Positions 26,544-37,694 of a stretch of DNA of 64,000 nt are shown here, in pieces (positions within the stretch are counted from its first letter, which is position 1; every line of letters begins with the position of its first letter). This DNA is from Tubulanus polymorphus. Its lineage: Eukaryota; Animalia; Nemertea. The stretch is from assembly GCF_964204645.1 (NCBI RefSeq), contig NC_134031.1, positions 21,087,910 to 21,151,909 of the forward strand, in the 5' to 3' direction. The position numbers and the translations under genes were made by a program. The notes beneath the pieces were generated by a model, which worked only from the letters and a program-made list of their open reading frames with translations, searched no databases and was not told the origin of the DNA.

Positions 26544-28096
26544 TATTTAGGTATAAAAATCGAGAAAATCGTCAGCTGAAGAAAGGCTCCACATCGAATC
26601 CGAAATATACCGCAACACCACCTAGTGATGGGTTTCCTCTGAATATTTTTGTATTTTATTATTAATCCAAAGCTTTCTGTGTGTAAAAATTAATCATTTC
26701 CATTCACAGATAAAGGCCCAGGCCTACTTGTTGAACGGTTTTTATAGCCTAGCTAGACGGCTAAAGCCGCTAACCAGTCTAGCTCCTATCAGACTGGTTG
26801 CCGGTCTGTACGCTTGACTGTGGCAATCGAGGGTATTGCTAGACTGGTTGTCGGTCCAATGCGGTAGACTGGAAGCGTTTTTATCTAAGCAAATCGCTTC
26901 GGATTTATAAATCCACCTGTCTCGCTGATTTGATAAATCGGCCAGACAGGCGACCAGTCTATTATGCGGGTTCTGCGCCTTCGAAATCGGTTTATTCCGT
27001 CATAAACCGGTTTGCCGTAGAACAAATGCGACGGAACGAAAAGGCGGTTTGAGTCACTGACAGCGGAAATTTCCTCATCCGCGCCCGACTGATCCGGGTT
27101 CTGAAAAATTCCGGCCGTTTGCCGATTTGCAACACGGCGCGGTGAACGGTTTAATCGGTTAAACGAAAATCATGGGTTTACGCCTTAACAAAGACACCGG
27201 ACGGTTTATGAGAACCGGTATCAGTGAACTAAGACGATTTCCCTACAAACTGAAACGGTTTGTGCTAACCGATTAATGCGAGCATTCGCAGTCAGCGGGC
27301 CATCCTTGCTTGCCAGGGGTCCAGTATCACTCCGGAACTCGCTTCCGCCAGCCCCAGCGCTAAATTCGGTTTTCGTATCAAGTCGACCAGTGGTCGGAAT
27401 TTATAACCGAACGGCCATCTTGCTTGTGTCGGAACTTCAACGATCGTACGATCGCGTGGTCGACCATTTCCGCACCGCAGTTACGACTGATTCAGTCGAT
27501 TTCGTTGAGTTCGACTATAGCTATCAATTGGAAACTTGGAATCCGAATCAGCTGCCATCGGGATATACAAAAACAACTGCACCTAGTTTGACAATGAAAA
27601 TCGTGACATTTGAAATCTTCTGTACACGTGGTTTATTATTTCAGTCAGATCGTTCCTTGTTCGCACATTCTCGTGAAAACCATAATTCGATTTGGGAGTG
27701 GCGCCACCTATAAACCGTATGTGGACTGCATTCAAGTCGTTCTGGTGAAGCGTTGAGGAACTAAGTTTGCCTTGGACTCAGAGCCCCGAGTACAAAGTAG
27801 AAATAGAAATTGAAAGCTCCTTGAAAATTAACTACGTTTGATAACATTGCATTTCCACAACATTATGTCATATGCTATTAGTGTATTTTCCGTGTTGTAA
27901 ATGATTGAATGCTCCGTAACTGGTGTGAAAATTATATTTTAGCCCGAGGTGCCTCGAGTCTCGAGCACAGAAATTGAAACAAACCAGTCGTATCAAAATG
28001 AATTACGGTTAACAACATAGCATTTTATTCATAGCAAACTTTATTATAATTTCATAATCTAATGATGAGCTAATTTGTTGGCTATTTAAAAATAAT

Positions 28097-28389
28097 TTAG
28101 TTCTTGCAGCATTTGCCGATACCCCAGCTGCAACAGTTGCTGCTTGGTCCGCCGATCAGCCAGTAGGTTCCCTGGCCCAAACCGAATCTTCCTGGGCAGA
28201 AACATGGTACACCTCTTCTGGCAATATGTACTTCCGTCTCTGAAAATTTGAGGAATCATCACGTGAATTTCAAACAAACTACATAGTTCAAACGTAGATC
28301 GAAAATAAGAAATTAATTTACGCACCTTCAGCGGTGACGGCTCCGAGGACCATGAAGACGGCCAAAGCAACGAACAAAGTCTTGTACAT
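28097..28389 (-). CDS. Secreted six-Cys defensin/anemone-toxin-like prepropeptide, copy C
   Basis: Coding exons 28389-28326 and 28239-28097 (phase-1 GT-AG intron) give MYKTLFVALAVFMVLGAVTAE-ETEVHIARR-GVPCFCPGRFGLGQGTYWLIGGPSSNCCSWGIGKCCKN*. The upstream non-coding exon ends ACATTCAG|GT at 28478. AATAAA lies downstream at about 28024-28045. Confidence 0.9.
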
Positions 28390-30182
28390 TCTGAAATATA
28401 AGATATCGCAATTATCTTTGTTCCGATCTAAAAACTATCAAATTTTGTTGACAGAATTTAATAACCGGTTTAATTACCTGAATGTAGTGGTAGGTGATGT
28501 CTGTGTAAAGAACAGTGAATTCTAGTAAGATAGATCCTACATTTATTGTTTTCGCAGAGTAGAAGCAACATGACACCAAAACATAAGCGGATATCGTTGT
28601 TAGGCTTAAGAGATGTTTTGCATATTTGTAATATTCATGATGCATTTTTTAACGGTATGATAACAGAAATGATTTTTCTGAAGCTGAATTGTAGGCCCTT
28701 ACGCTCTAGGAAGTAGGAAATCTAAGAATACCGCTCAACTGTACAGAAAATGTCTTCAATGAAACAACTCGCTGCAGCTTATTTGACGGCGTAAGCCCTG
28801 CGCACTTATTTCCGGTTTTGGTGGATGGCTGGAACTGACGCTCGGCTCAGCTGGATCGGAGGTATACAGCTTTCAGACAAGTGGACGTACTCGACTAACA
28901 ACACCATAATTATGAAAATTATCCAATTTCACAATAAGAGGCGAAATCGGTCGGCGAGCACTTTCTCCGATGGGTCGGGCCAGACTAAGTTTACGCTCAC
29001 AATACACGCACATCGCATTCAAGGTCATTCAGATTTTACGTGTTAGTTGGAAACGTCACTGATACAATCTGATTACCGAATAGCGACAAATATCTCCATT
29101 TCTGAGCGCGTTGTACCGTGTTTTTATCGAAGGAAGGCTATTATTCCTCTAGTTATCAAACTACATAATCACAGTGGAGTAAATTATTTATATAGTATTT
29201 ATATAAATTTGTTATCGTAATGAAACGTACATGCGATACGCATAAGTTACACTCTTTCTTACGCCGAATGGGGGTAACTATCAAGAATATTTCTTCAAGT
29301 GCACACCTTTGGTTCGCAAAAGAAGGTTTTGTTTTGCGTAGAACAAACCACGTCTACGCTGGCTGATTCATGACAAAAAATAAAAGTTGTTTTCGGCACT
29401 TTGAGAAAACAGGTGAATTGAGCACCAGCTAACAACGTAGTTCCCAATCATGTACTTTGATTTAAACAAAAAAACATGTAAACTCGACCGCCGATCACAA
29501 AACTATTTCTGTACTTCGATTTCCGATTTCAAAATCACACCCCCTGTTTCGCTCCGAGCAGGTGTGGTGGGTCTGTAAGGGACACTCAATCAGAAAATCA
29601 AACAAAATTTACCAACCAAATAAATAACAGGGACATTCCCTATTTTAAGATCAAAAACAACGTAGTTCCAGAAATCAATTTGTTAGGACCAAAAAAAAAA
29701 CAGCTTATACCACAAAACGGTCAGATATTTAGGAGTGAAGTTCCTGTCGAAATCATATCATACGACATTCCAAGTGATGTAAAGCCAGAAACATTATCTT
29801 TTGCTTGGGTTGAATAATTGCTAACGGTCCGAAGAGAGTTCCAATTGGTGCTGAAAATAACTTTCATGTATTTTTTCATGGATCTGAGATGATTCGCCAT
29901 TAGTGCCAGATGGAAGCTAATCGCTAAAAAGTGAAAACTCTTATGCAAATCTACAATCGAAATATTTAAAAATATGAGCTTATGTATAATTCAAAATGTT
30001 TGGAAATGCAAATAGCGAACAAAGGATTTTAATACGAGATACAATAAATGCAAATTACGATGAAAATATCAAATATGTCAGATATTCGGCGAACAACAAA
30101 ATGCGCTGGAAAAATCAGCAGAACTTTGGTTTGATGCAGTGAACTTTGAGTCTGAATTATTCGGTTTCTTTGCGGAAGTCTA

Positions 30183-30476
30183 AAGCCTAGCGCACATCGA
30201 CGCTGCGATTGGAGACAACTAGTTGCTACCGAACGATTAACCCGCGCACATCAAAATCTAGTTACAGCCGGTCAGTTGCAGCAACTGCATGGTGCGTGTC
30301 GCTCGTCGAGATCCAGAGCGCGCACATCGACGGATATGACTGCGATTGAGTACAACCAGTTGCTCAAAAGTAGAACATGGGCGACTGGCTGGAACTGGAG
30401 ATAGATCGACGCTTACCAATCGTAAGCTCGCTCACATCGACACATTCAAGCAACTGATCGTATCCAGCCTAGGCTT
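30183..30476. mobile_element. Probable non-autonomous transposon fragment inserted in duplication unit 1 only
   Basis: GC-richer island with four GC(G/T)CACATC repeats and short AAGCCTAG/CTAGGCTT ends; no counterpart in unit 2. Confidence 0.45.
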
Positions 30477-31150
30477 GACCTGCGGAACCATCACAATATA
30501 TTCTCACATCAGAAAAAATGATAATATGACACAAATGTTCAATTTTTCGAATATCGACAAATACGTAGTTCAATTTCTGAGCGCTTTGTCGCGTGTTTTG
30601 TATCAAAGGAAGGCTCGATACGGAGTCTGTGCCTATTGTCATAATTATCACAGTGGTATATAATATTTATATAGTATGAATTTGTTATGCTTTGTTAACA
30701 GTCTACTGCTGTGCGATACGTATACGTATAAGCACACAATAGAGTGTTTATCAAGAAAGTTTCTCCTAAACGCACACGAAACACGCGCACACTTAGTGTC
30801 GTGGAAAAGAAGGTTTCGTTTCGCGTACAAACTACGGTGGCTGATTCATGACAAAGTTGTTGTCAGCCCGTTGTGCGGATAGGTGATAACAGCACCAGCA
30901 AGAAAATTGGTCCAAAAATCATTTAATTGGTTAGGTTGAAAAATAACTTATACCTTAAAACGAAATAGAAAATGCCTGATGAGATGACATTCAAGTGAGT
31001 TATTAAGACACCAATAATATTTCTTACTTGGGCCGTAAAAAAATAATTTTTGTATGAATTTGAGATTTTGTGGTCGGAATCAACAACAACCAAATAATAA
31101 TAATAGAAACCAGCAAATGGAAGCCAGATGGCAAAAGATTGCTAACGCTT

Positions 31151-31361
31151 ATGCAAATTTTCAGTCGAAATATTCACTAATACATGTATAATTCAAAATG
31201 TTTGGAAATGCAAATATCAAAACCAGAGAATTGCGCGGATGCAAATTAGTGAAACGCGTTGATCCGAGCGAAAACCGATTATGAGTTACAAATAAAAGGC
31301 CCGACAAATCGAGTGTTTTTTGTTGAATTGTCTGCACAGTCAAGTCTATAACAACATTCAG
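31151..31361 (+). promoter_or_regulatory. Promoter and non-coding exon 1 of peptide gene A, with three ATGCAAAT octamers and a TATA-like element
   Basis: ATGCAAAT at 31151, 31208 and 31239; AATAAAAG at about 31292; exon ends ACATTCAG|GT at 31361. The layout is the same upstream of gene B. Confidence 0.6.
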
Positions 31362-31521
31362 GTACAGTTAATTTTAATCTGGTCGCTGATATTCAGATTT
31401 CTGTATTTTTACTGGTTTTTTAAGTGTAATCATTTTTATATCATGTTATACGCATGAAATGTGTCGTAACCGTTTTACGACAAGACAAGTATTTTGTATG
31501 TATTCAATATCATTTTTCAGA

Positions 31522-32267
31522 ATGTTTACCAAAACTCTTTTCGTCGCCCTCGCCATTTTCATGGTCGTTGGAGCCATCGCTGCCGAAGGTAATTAGGATT
31601 TTCTGCTTTTACGCTGAATATGATTACTATAATCTTGATTATCCCAGTTTAATCACCAAATTAATATATAACATGTCTTAGATTGCGTAGAAAACTTTAT
31701 CGCATCACCCACTGATTTATCCTTTCGTTTGTCGACAAGAAACATCCAATCCCAACTGATGTGATTGGATGTTCCCTACTGAAGCCTACGCCTCAGTGTT
31801 TGCAACAAAAATCTGGCAAGTGAAGATGACGTGAGGGGCGAATAGGTTCTTTAGTACTCCGGCGCACGCGAACAGGAAAGTGTTCGATTCAGTTTGAAGT
31901 TGAATTTTGATATTGTCGCGTCCATTGTTGGGCACGAAGAAAACAAATTTTGGTTCTTCAATTTTCAAAAATGAGGTTTTTGCCCAAAGTGTCGCTTAAC
32001 CGTGACAGATAGAATGGCTTCCGAATTACACATTTTGTAATGAGTGATTTCCTTACAAAAAGCCACATTTTCACGACAATAACTACATGGAGTTGATTAT
32101 GATATTTCCAGTCATCATTGTCCATTTTAGAAGTCAAAATTGAGAAGAGAGGAATTGGTTGCACCTGCGCCAGCAACGGCAAAAGAGGAACCTGGTGGGT
32201 GATCGGTGGACCAGACCATAACTGCTGCCACGGTAGCGGATTGGCTATTGGAAGATGTTGCTGGTAA
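31522..32267 (+). CDS. Secreted six-Cys defensin/anemone-toxin-like prepropeptide, copy A
   Basis: Coding exons 31522-31588 and 32131-32267 (phase-1 intron) give MFTKTLFVALAIFMVVGAIAAE-EVKIEKR-GIGCTCASNGKRGTWWVIGGPDHNCCHGSGLAIGRCCW*. Confidence 0.9.
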
Positions 32268-33355
32268 TTGTTTGCTGTATGTTTAACATATTCTATCAAC
32301 TCCAGATTTATCATTGGAAATATGATTAACCTTCCAATAAAATCCATAGAAAAAACAATCATCTTCAGTTTGTATCTTTCAATTATTTCTGCTCGGTGAT
32401 TCATTCCCAGTTCCAGTACTCTATGTATATCTTCGAATGAGTAAAATAAGCCTCAGATATTTGTAGTGGGAAACGCGTGTCTCGCACTTCTTTAGAGAAT
32501 TGAATATTCTATGCATTTGTTGCATTTTATCGAAAATTCATGAATTTTTGGTCATATTCAAACAGCTGGATTAATAACTTTACAGTGAGAAAATGGTTTC
32601 ACTTTTTGTCTCATTATTTGTTCGTTGTTATTTTGAGGTACCGTCAAATGACTATCACTCCACTTTATCGATGACTCATATACTAAGTTTCCTATACTGC
32701 AATAGTATTTTTTCGGGCAATGAATACACGTTTAATTCGTCGAATAATTCAAACACACACATACACGTGATGAAGAAAGTATCACAATCTGAAGATACTC
32801 ATGTCGAGATTGAAGCCGGTCGGTCTGATGGATGATTCCGTACGCAAGATTTCCAATTTATGAAAAAAGATTAGTTCCTACTTAAAACAACTGGATGGAC
32901 GTGTTGAAAATAACTTCTCTTATCAATTGGAAACTGTGTAGCCCGAATCAGCTGCCACATACGGATTGAATGGCAATACAAAAACAACTGAACCTAGTTT
33001 TACAATATCGACTTTAAGTTTGATTGCTGTGTTAATCGTGATATTTGATATTCTGTACACGTGGTTTATTATTTCAGTCAGATCGTTCCTTGTTCGCACA
33101 TTCTCGTGAAAACCATTATTCGATTCGGGAGTGGCGCCACCTATAAACCGTGAGTGGACAGCACTCAGGTCGTTCTGGTGAAGTGTTGGGGAACTACGTT
33201 TTTCTTGGACTCAGAGCCTCGAGTACAAAGTAGATATAGAAATTGAAAGCTCCTTCAAAATCAACTACGTTTAATAACATTGCATTCCATTGATCTAGCT
33301 GCTTATTATTTCATTATCAAATGAAAAGCTAATTTGTTGGCTATTTGAAAACGTT

Positions 33356-33648
33356 CTAGTTCTTGCAGCATTTGCCGATACCCCAGCTACAACAGTTGCT
33401 GCTTGGTCCGCCGATCAGCCAGTAGGTTCCCTGGCCCAAACCGAATCTTCCTGGGCAGAAACATGGTACACCTCTTCTGGCAATATGTACTTCCGTCTCT
33501 GAAAATTTGAGGAATCATCACGTGAATTTCAAACAAACTACATAGTTCAAACGTAGAAAGAAAATAAGAAATGAATTTACGCACCTTCAGCGGTGACGGC
33601 TCCGAGGACCATGAAGACGGCCAAAGCAACGAACAAAGTCTTGTACAT
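33356..33648 (-). CDS. Secreted six-Cys defensin/anemone-toxin-like prepropeptide, copy D (protein identical to copy C)
   Basis: Coding exons 33648-33585 and 33498-33356. The differences from C that I see are one synonymous Cys codon (TGC/TGT) and the stop (TAG vs TAA). Confidence 0.9.
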
Positions 33649-35696
33649 TCTGAAATATAAGATATCGCAATTATCTTTGTTCCGATCTGAAAACTATCAA
33701 ATTTTGTTGACAGAATGTAATAACCGGTTTGATTACCTGAATGTAGTGGTAGGTGAAGTCTGTGTAAAGAACAGTGAATTCTAGTAAGATAGATCCTGTA
33801 TTTATTGTTTTCGCAGAGTAGAAGCAACATGACACCAAAACATAAGCGGATATTAGAATCGTCGAGCGTTTTAAGTCGGCTTAAGAGATATTTTGCATAT
33901 TTTTAATAATCATGAAGTATTTTTAACAGAAATATTTTTTTTTTCATTCAGGGTCACCGATTACAGTTTTTCCAAAGATCAAACTCTGAATTGTAGGCCC
34001 TAACGCTCTTAGAAGTTGGAGATTGTTTGAGGAATCTAAGAATACCGCTCAACTGTACAGGAAATATCTTCGATGAAACAACTCGCTGCAGCTGTAAGCC
34101 CTGCGCACTATTTTCCGGTTTTGATGGTGGACTCGTTGGACTGACGCTCGGCTCAGCTGGATCGGAAGTGCACAGCCTTCGTCGCCACGCCAGGATTTCT
34201 AACACATCCAAACCCGGTCCGCACACACCTTGCACACACTCTGGGTTAGACTTAGGCTACGACCACGCGTTCGGTGTGTCTTATACGTGGTTGAAACGAA
34301 CCACATCCATATCTTTTTTCAACATTCTCTCCACGCAAAAAGAATTTGTTGTCCGACTATCCGTGCATCTGCGGTCAGAAGATGAAACATTGTTCTGTTT
34401 TCAAGGTCATACATTGACATTTATTTGGTCCTGTTAGTAGAAAAAAGAAACATATTCCATTTTTCACGCAGCGATACAGGATGGTCTTGATGTCAAGGTC
34501 ATTTAGAACTGACGCGTTTTTTAAACGTTTCTGATAGAATCTGATTACCAAATAGACCAATAGCGTCCAATCCTGAGTGCTTTATACCATGTTTGCTATC
34601 AATGAGAATGTTATTTTCGTGAGATACAGACGAAATTTCCTACTTGTCAAACTACATAATTACAGTGGCATATATACTACGTATATGTATCATATAAGAT
34701 ATGTTTCGTTGGAACGTGTGCATACGATCATCCAATAGTAACAAATACGCAAACCAAAAGAAAACCCGGTGCATTGATGTGTTAACGCTAGCTAGAAGGT
34801 CCCATTAGTTCATTTTTCGTTTGCGAAAATAAGTTTTGGTTCGCGAAGAAAAAACCTAGTGGCTGATTCATGAAATAAATAAACTAAGCACAACGTGATT
34901 TCAATACCCAAAATTGCAAAGAAATTTTCAGGCGCTACAAAAATTGTTAATTTCTTTTAAGGTCCTAAAACCAGAATTTCAGCACGTCATAGAATTATCA
35001 TTTTTTGTCACGAAAAGTGAATTCCATTGAGGTAGAATTTGCATTTTGCTAACCTGACACCAACCTGACGCCAACCTGACGCCAACTAAAATTCATAAAG
35101 ACTACTCTTTTCGCACCAACCCATTAATACTATTTTGGATATTTGGAATATTTATATTCATGAGGCAGTAAGCCTGAATTCTTTTCATTTTTGCATTTAA
35201 ATGTTACCTTAATTCTGTGAACTGCATAGGGATCCATGGCGAAAAGGTCAAATTCTGCATCATCCACACAATTTGACCCCCAAGAATTAGACAAACCTGT
35301 CTTTGCGTAGAAACGACTTATCAAGCTGAACTCGTGAAGGATTAGTTGCTTCAGCACCCGATAAAAACAACATCCTTTTAGTTCAGAAACAACTTTAAAG
35401 GTCCCGAAAGAAACTTGTCTTCAGGCCATAATAGTTGATTTCAGCACGTGCTGAAAACTTGAAATTTACCTCAACACGAATTACGTTATTATGAGGAAGG
35501 TCTTATACCAAAATATTCAAGGGTAAATTGCCTGACGTAATCACATTTTGTTCCAAGTGAGCCACGAATATCATATCCTATTTGGAACAAAAATTGTTTT
35601 TTGGACCAAAAAGTTTGTTTTAGTGGATGGCTGGCAACGAGTGAAAACAACAATCTTTTAGAGATAAGTTTTAAGGTTTTGTGACCCAAAATACTT

Positions 35697-35910
35697 ATGC
35701 AAATTTACAGTCGAAATAGAAATAATGAAATGTATAATTCAAAATGTTTGGAAATGCAAATATCAAAACCAAAGAATTGCGCGGATGCAAATTAGTGAAA
35801 CGCGTTGATCCGAGCGAAAACCGATTATGAGTTACAAATAAAAGGCCCGACAAATCGAGTGTTTTTTGTTGAATTGTCTGCACAGTCAAGTCTATAACAA
35901 CATTCAGGTA
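35697..35910 (+). promoter_or_regulatory. Promoter and non-coding exon 1 of peptide gene B, with three ATGCAAAT octamers
   Basis: ATGCAAAT at 35697, 35754 and 35785; almost identical to 31151-31361. Confidence 0.6.
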
Positions 35911-36067
35911 CAGTTAATTTTAATCTGGTCGCTGATATTCAGATTTCTGTATTTTTACTGGTTTTTTAAGTGTAATCATTTTTATATCATGTTATACGCA
36001 TGAAATGTGTCGTAACCGTTTTACGACAAGACAAGTATTTTGTATGTATTCAATATTATTTTCCAGA

Positions 36068-36635
36068 ATGTTTACCAAAACTCTTTTCGTCGCCCTCGCC
36101 ATTTTCATGGTCGTTGGAGCCGTCGCTGCCGAAGGTAATTAGGATTTTCCGATTTGAAATATGATAACTATTATCTTGATTATCCAATTATCGTCACAGG
36201 GCCGTATCTAGCATTTAAATTCTTTTCTTTGGGGAGAAGAGAAACCTGAAATAGGAATAGTATTTGTAAAAAGGGCACTTTTCCAAAGTCCCCCCCTGCC
36301 CACCGCTCTGTAGGCCCTGCATATACGTATTAATGCAACATGTCGAGTGGTTCCGATTTACTCATATTCCGGGTCCGTTCTAACCTTATCAACACCCGCA
36401 CGAAAATCAATTGCGAGTTGATTGTACAAGTGGGGAAATGTTTAGTAATGATATGGTCGATTATTGGCTGGGATAATTTCAGTCATTGTCCATTTCAGAA
36501 ATCGCTGTTGAGAAGAGAGGAATTGGTTGCACCTGCGGCAGCAACGGCAAAAGAGGAACCTGGTGGTTGATCGGTGGACCAAGCCATAACTGCTGTAAAG
36601 GTAGCGGATTGGCTATTGGAAAATGTTGCTGGTAA
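36068..36635 (+). CDS. Secreted six-Cys defensin/anemone-toxin-like prepropeptide, copy B
   Basis: Coding exons 36068-36134 and 36499-36635 give MFTKTLFVALAIFMVVGAVAAE-EIAVEKR-GIGCTCGSNGKRGTWWLIGGPSHNCCKGSGLAIGKCCW*. Confidence 0.9.
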
Positions 36636-36738
36636 TCCTCAGGGAGTTTCAGGTTTTTTCATCGTAGATTAGATGTTAACAGAAAATCATAGAAATCATT
36701 AAAAACGAAAAAATATACGTAGCTTTTTCCGTTGTTCA

Positions 36739-36840
36739 GCTTTAGGCTTGGAGTAACTGCAAGCTTTAGGCTTGGAGTAACTGCAAGCTTTAGGCTTGGA
36801 GTAATTGCAAGCTTTAGGCATGGAGTAACTGCAAGCTTTA
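36739..36840. repeat. 24-bp tandem repeat (GCTTTAGGCTTGGAGTAACTGCAA), about 4 copies
   Basis: Directly visible, about 100 bp after the stop of gene B. Confidence 0.9.
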
Positions 36841-37694
36841 TGTCGGTGGTTCGTTGCGACACGGTCGTCGCTGGCGGCCATTATAATCAGATCCGGCTTT
36901 GATTTGGTAATGAGTGATCCGATAATCCTTGAAAGCGCTGCGCGTCCATAGGGCACCTCGAGGAGTCTAGAAACGTGTTACAGTCATTGCGGATGAGTGA
37001 CTACTCATACCCCCCCCTTCCCCCGAAATGCCGTACTGAGTTTGAAAAGTTGCCCTCGTATGTACATCATGTGCATAGTTCCAATTCAATTCAATTGTAT
37101 CTTTATTACACCATTATACATATATGATTAACATTATTAGCTTTATACAACAAAGAGTTGTAAAAGAAAACAATAAAAAGTATCGTAATAGAAGAATATA
37201 AAATATATGAATAAACATGAGATAATAGCCGTCAATCAACCATCGTTTGATTTCCTCAAGAGCTGCATGCTGTACCAACTTTACAACTACAATTTTCCGT
37301 ACCGGATCCCAGGGCAACTGGAGTCATATATCTACTTAACAAAATAGTTGTAGCAAGTTCCATCAAAATACAACAGAAGACTTAAGAGTAGTCATCCGCA
37401 CAACGGGGGAGGTCGGTATAAACTAAAAACTGCTCAATTTGGTAGTAACCCTTGGCACATAGATTATCCATACCAAATGTTCATCCTACACCAGCTCATC
37501 TAACATAATTTTCAATCCAGATTTCTTATAAATGATCCGAATTAAAGCGGGTTCTAGATATACTCTACCGTATAATCATAAGAATAATCACCATTATAAC
37601 AAAGGCTTATTAAATCGTTGGAAACGGAAACTTAGTTTGAATATCTACAATTTGTTCTACAATAAGGTTCCTTTATTTGTACTAAGAGCTCTAT

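Larger units (their letters stand above)
27523..36640. repeat. Tandem segmental duplication carrying the peptide gene pairs (unit 1 about 27523-32270, unit 2 about 32921-36640)
   Basis: Both units begin TATCAATTGGAAACT. Matching blocks are 27620-28870 with 33050-34180, and 31149-31600 with 35695-36150. Offset is 5259 bp for the minus genes and 4546 bp for the plus genes. Confidence 0.9.

Noticed and set aside
27276-27713. 145-aa plus-strand ORF
   Set aside because: It spans the CpG-rich region upstream of M6PR and the duplication boundary; the paralogous sequence at about 32921-33145 does not preserve the frame.
28086-28370. ORF-track proteins over the peptide genes (28086-28370, 33387-33830, 31454-31681, 31958-32404, 36340-36570)
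   Set aside because: Wrong-frame or antisense read-throughs of the real spliced prepropeptide exons.
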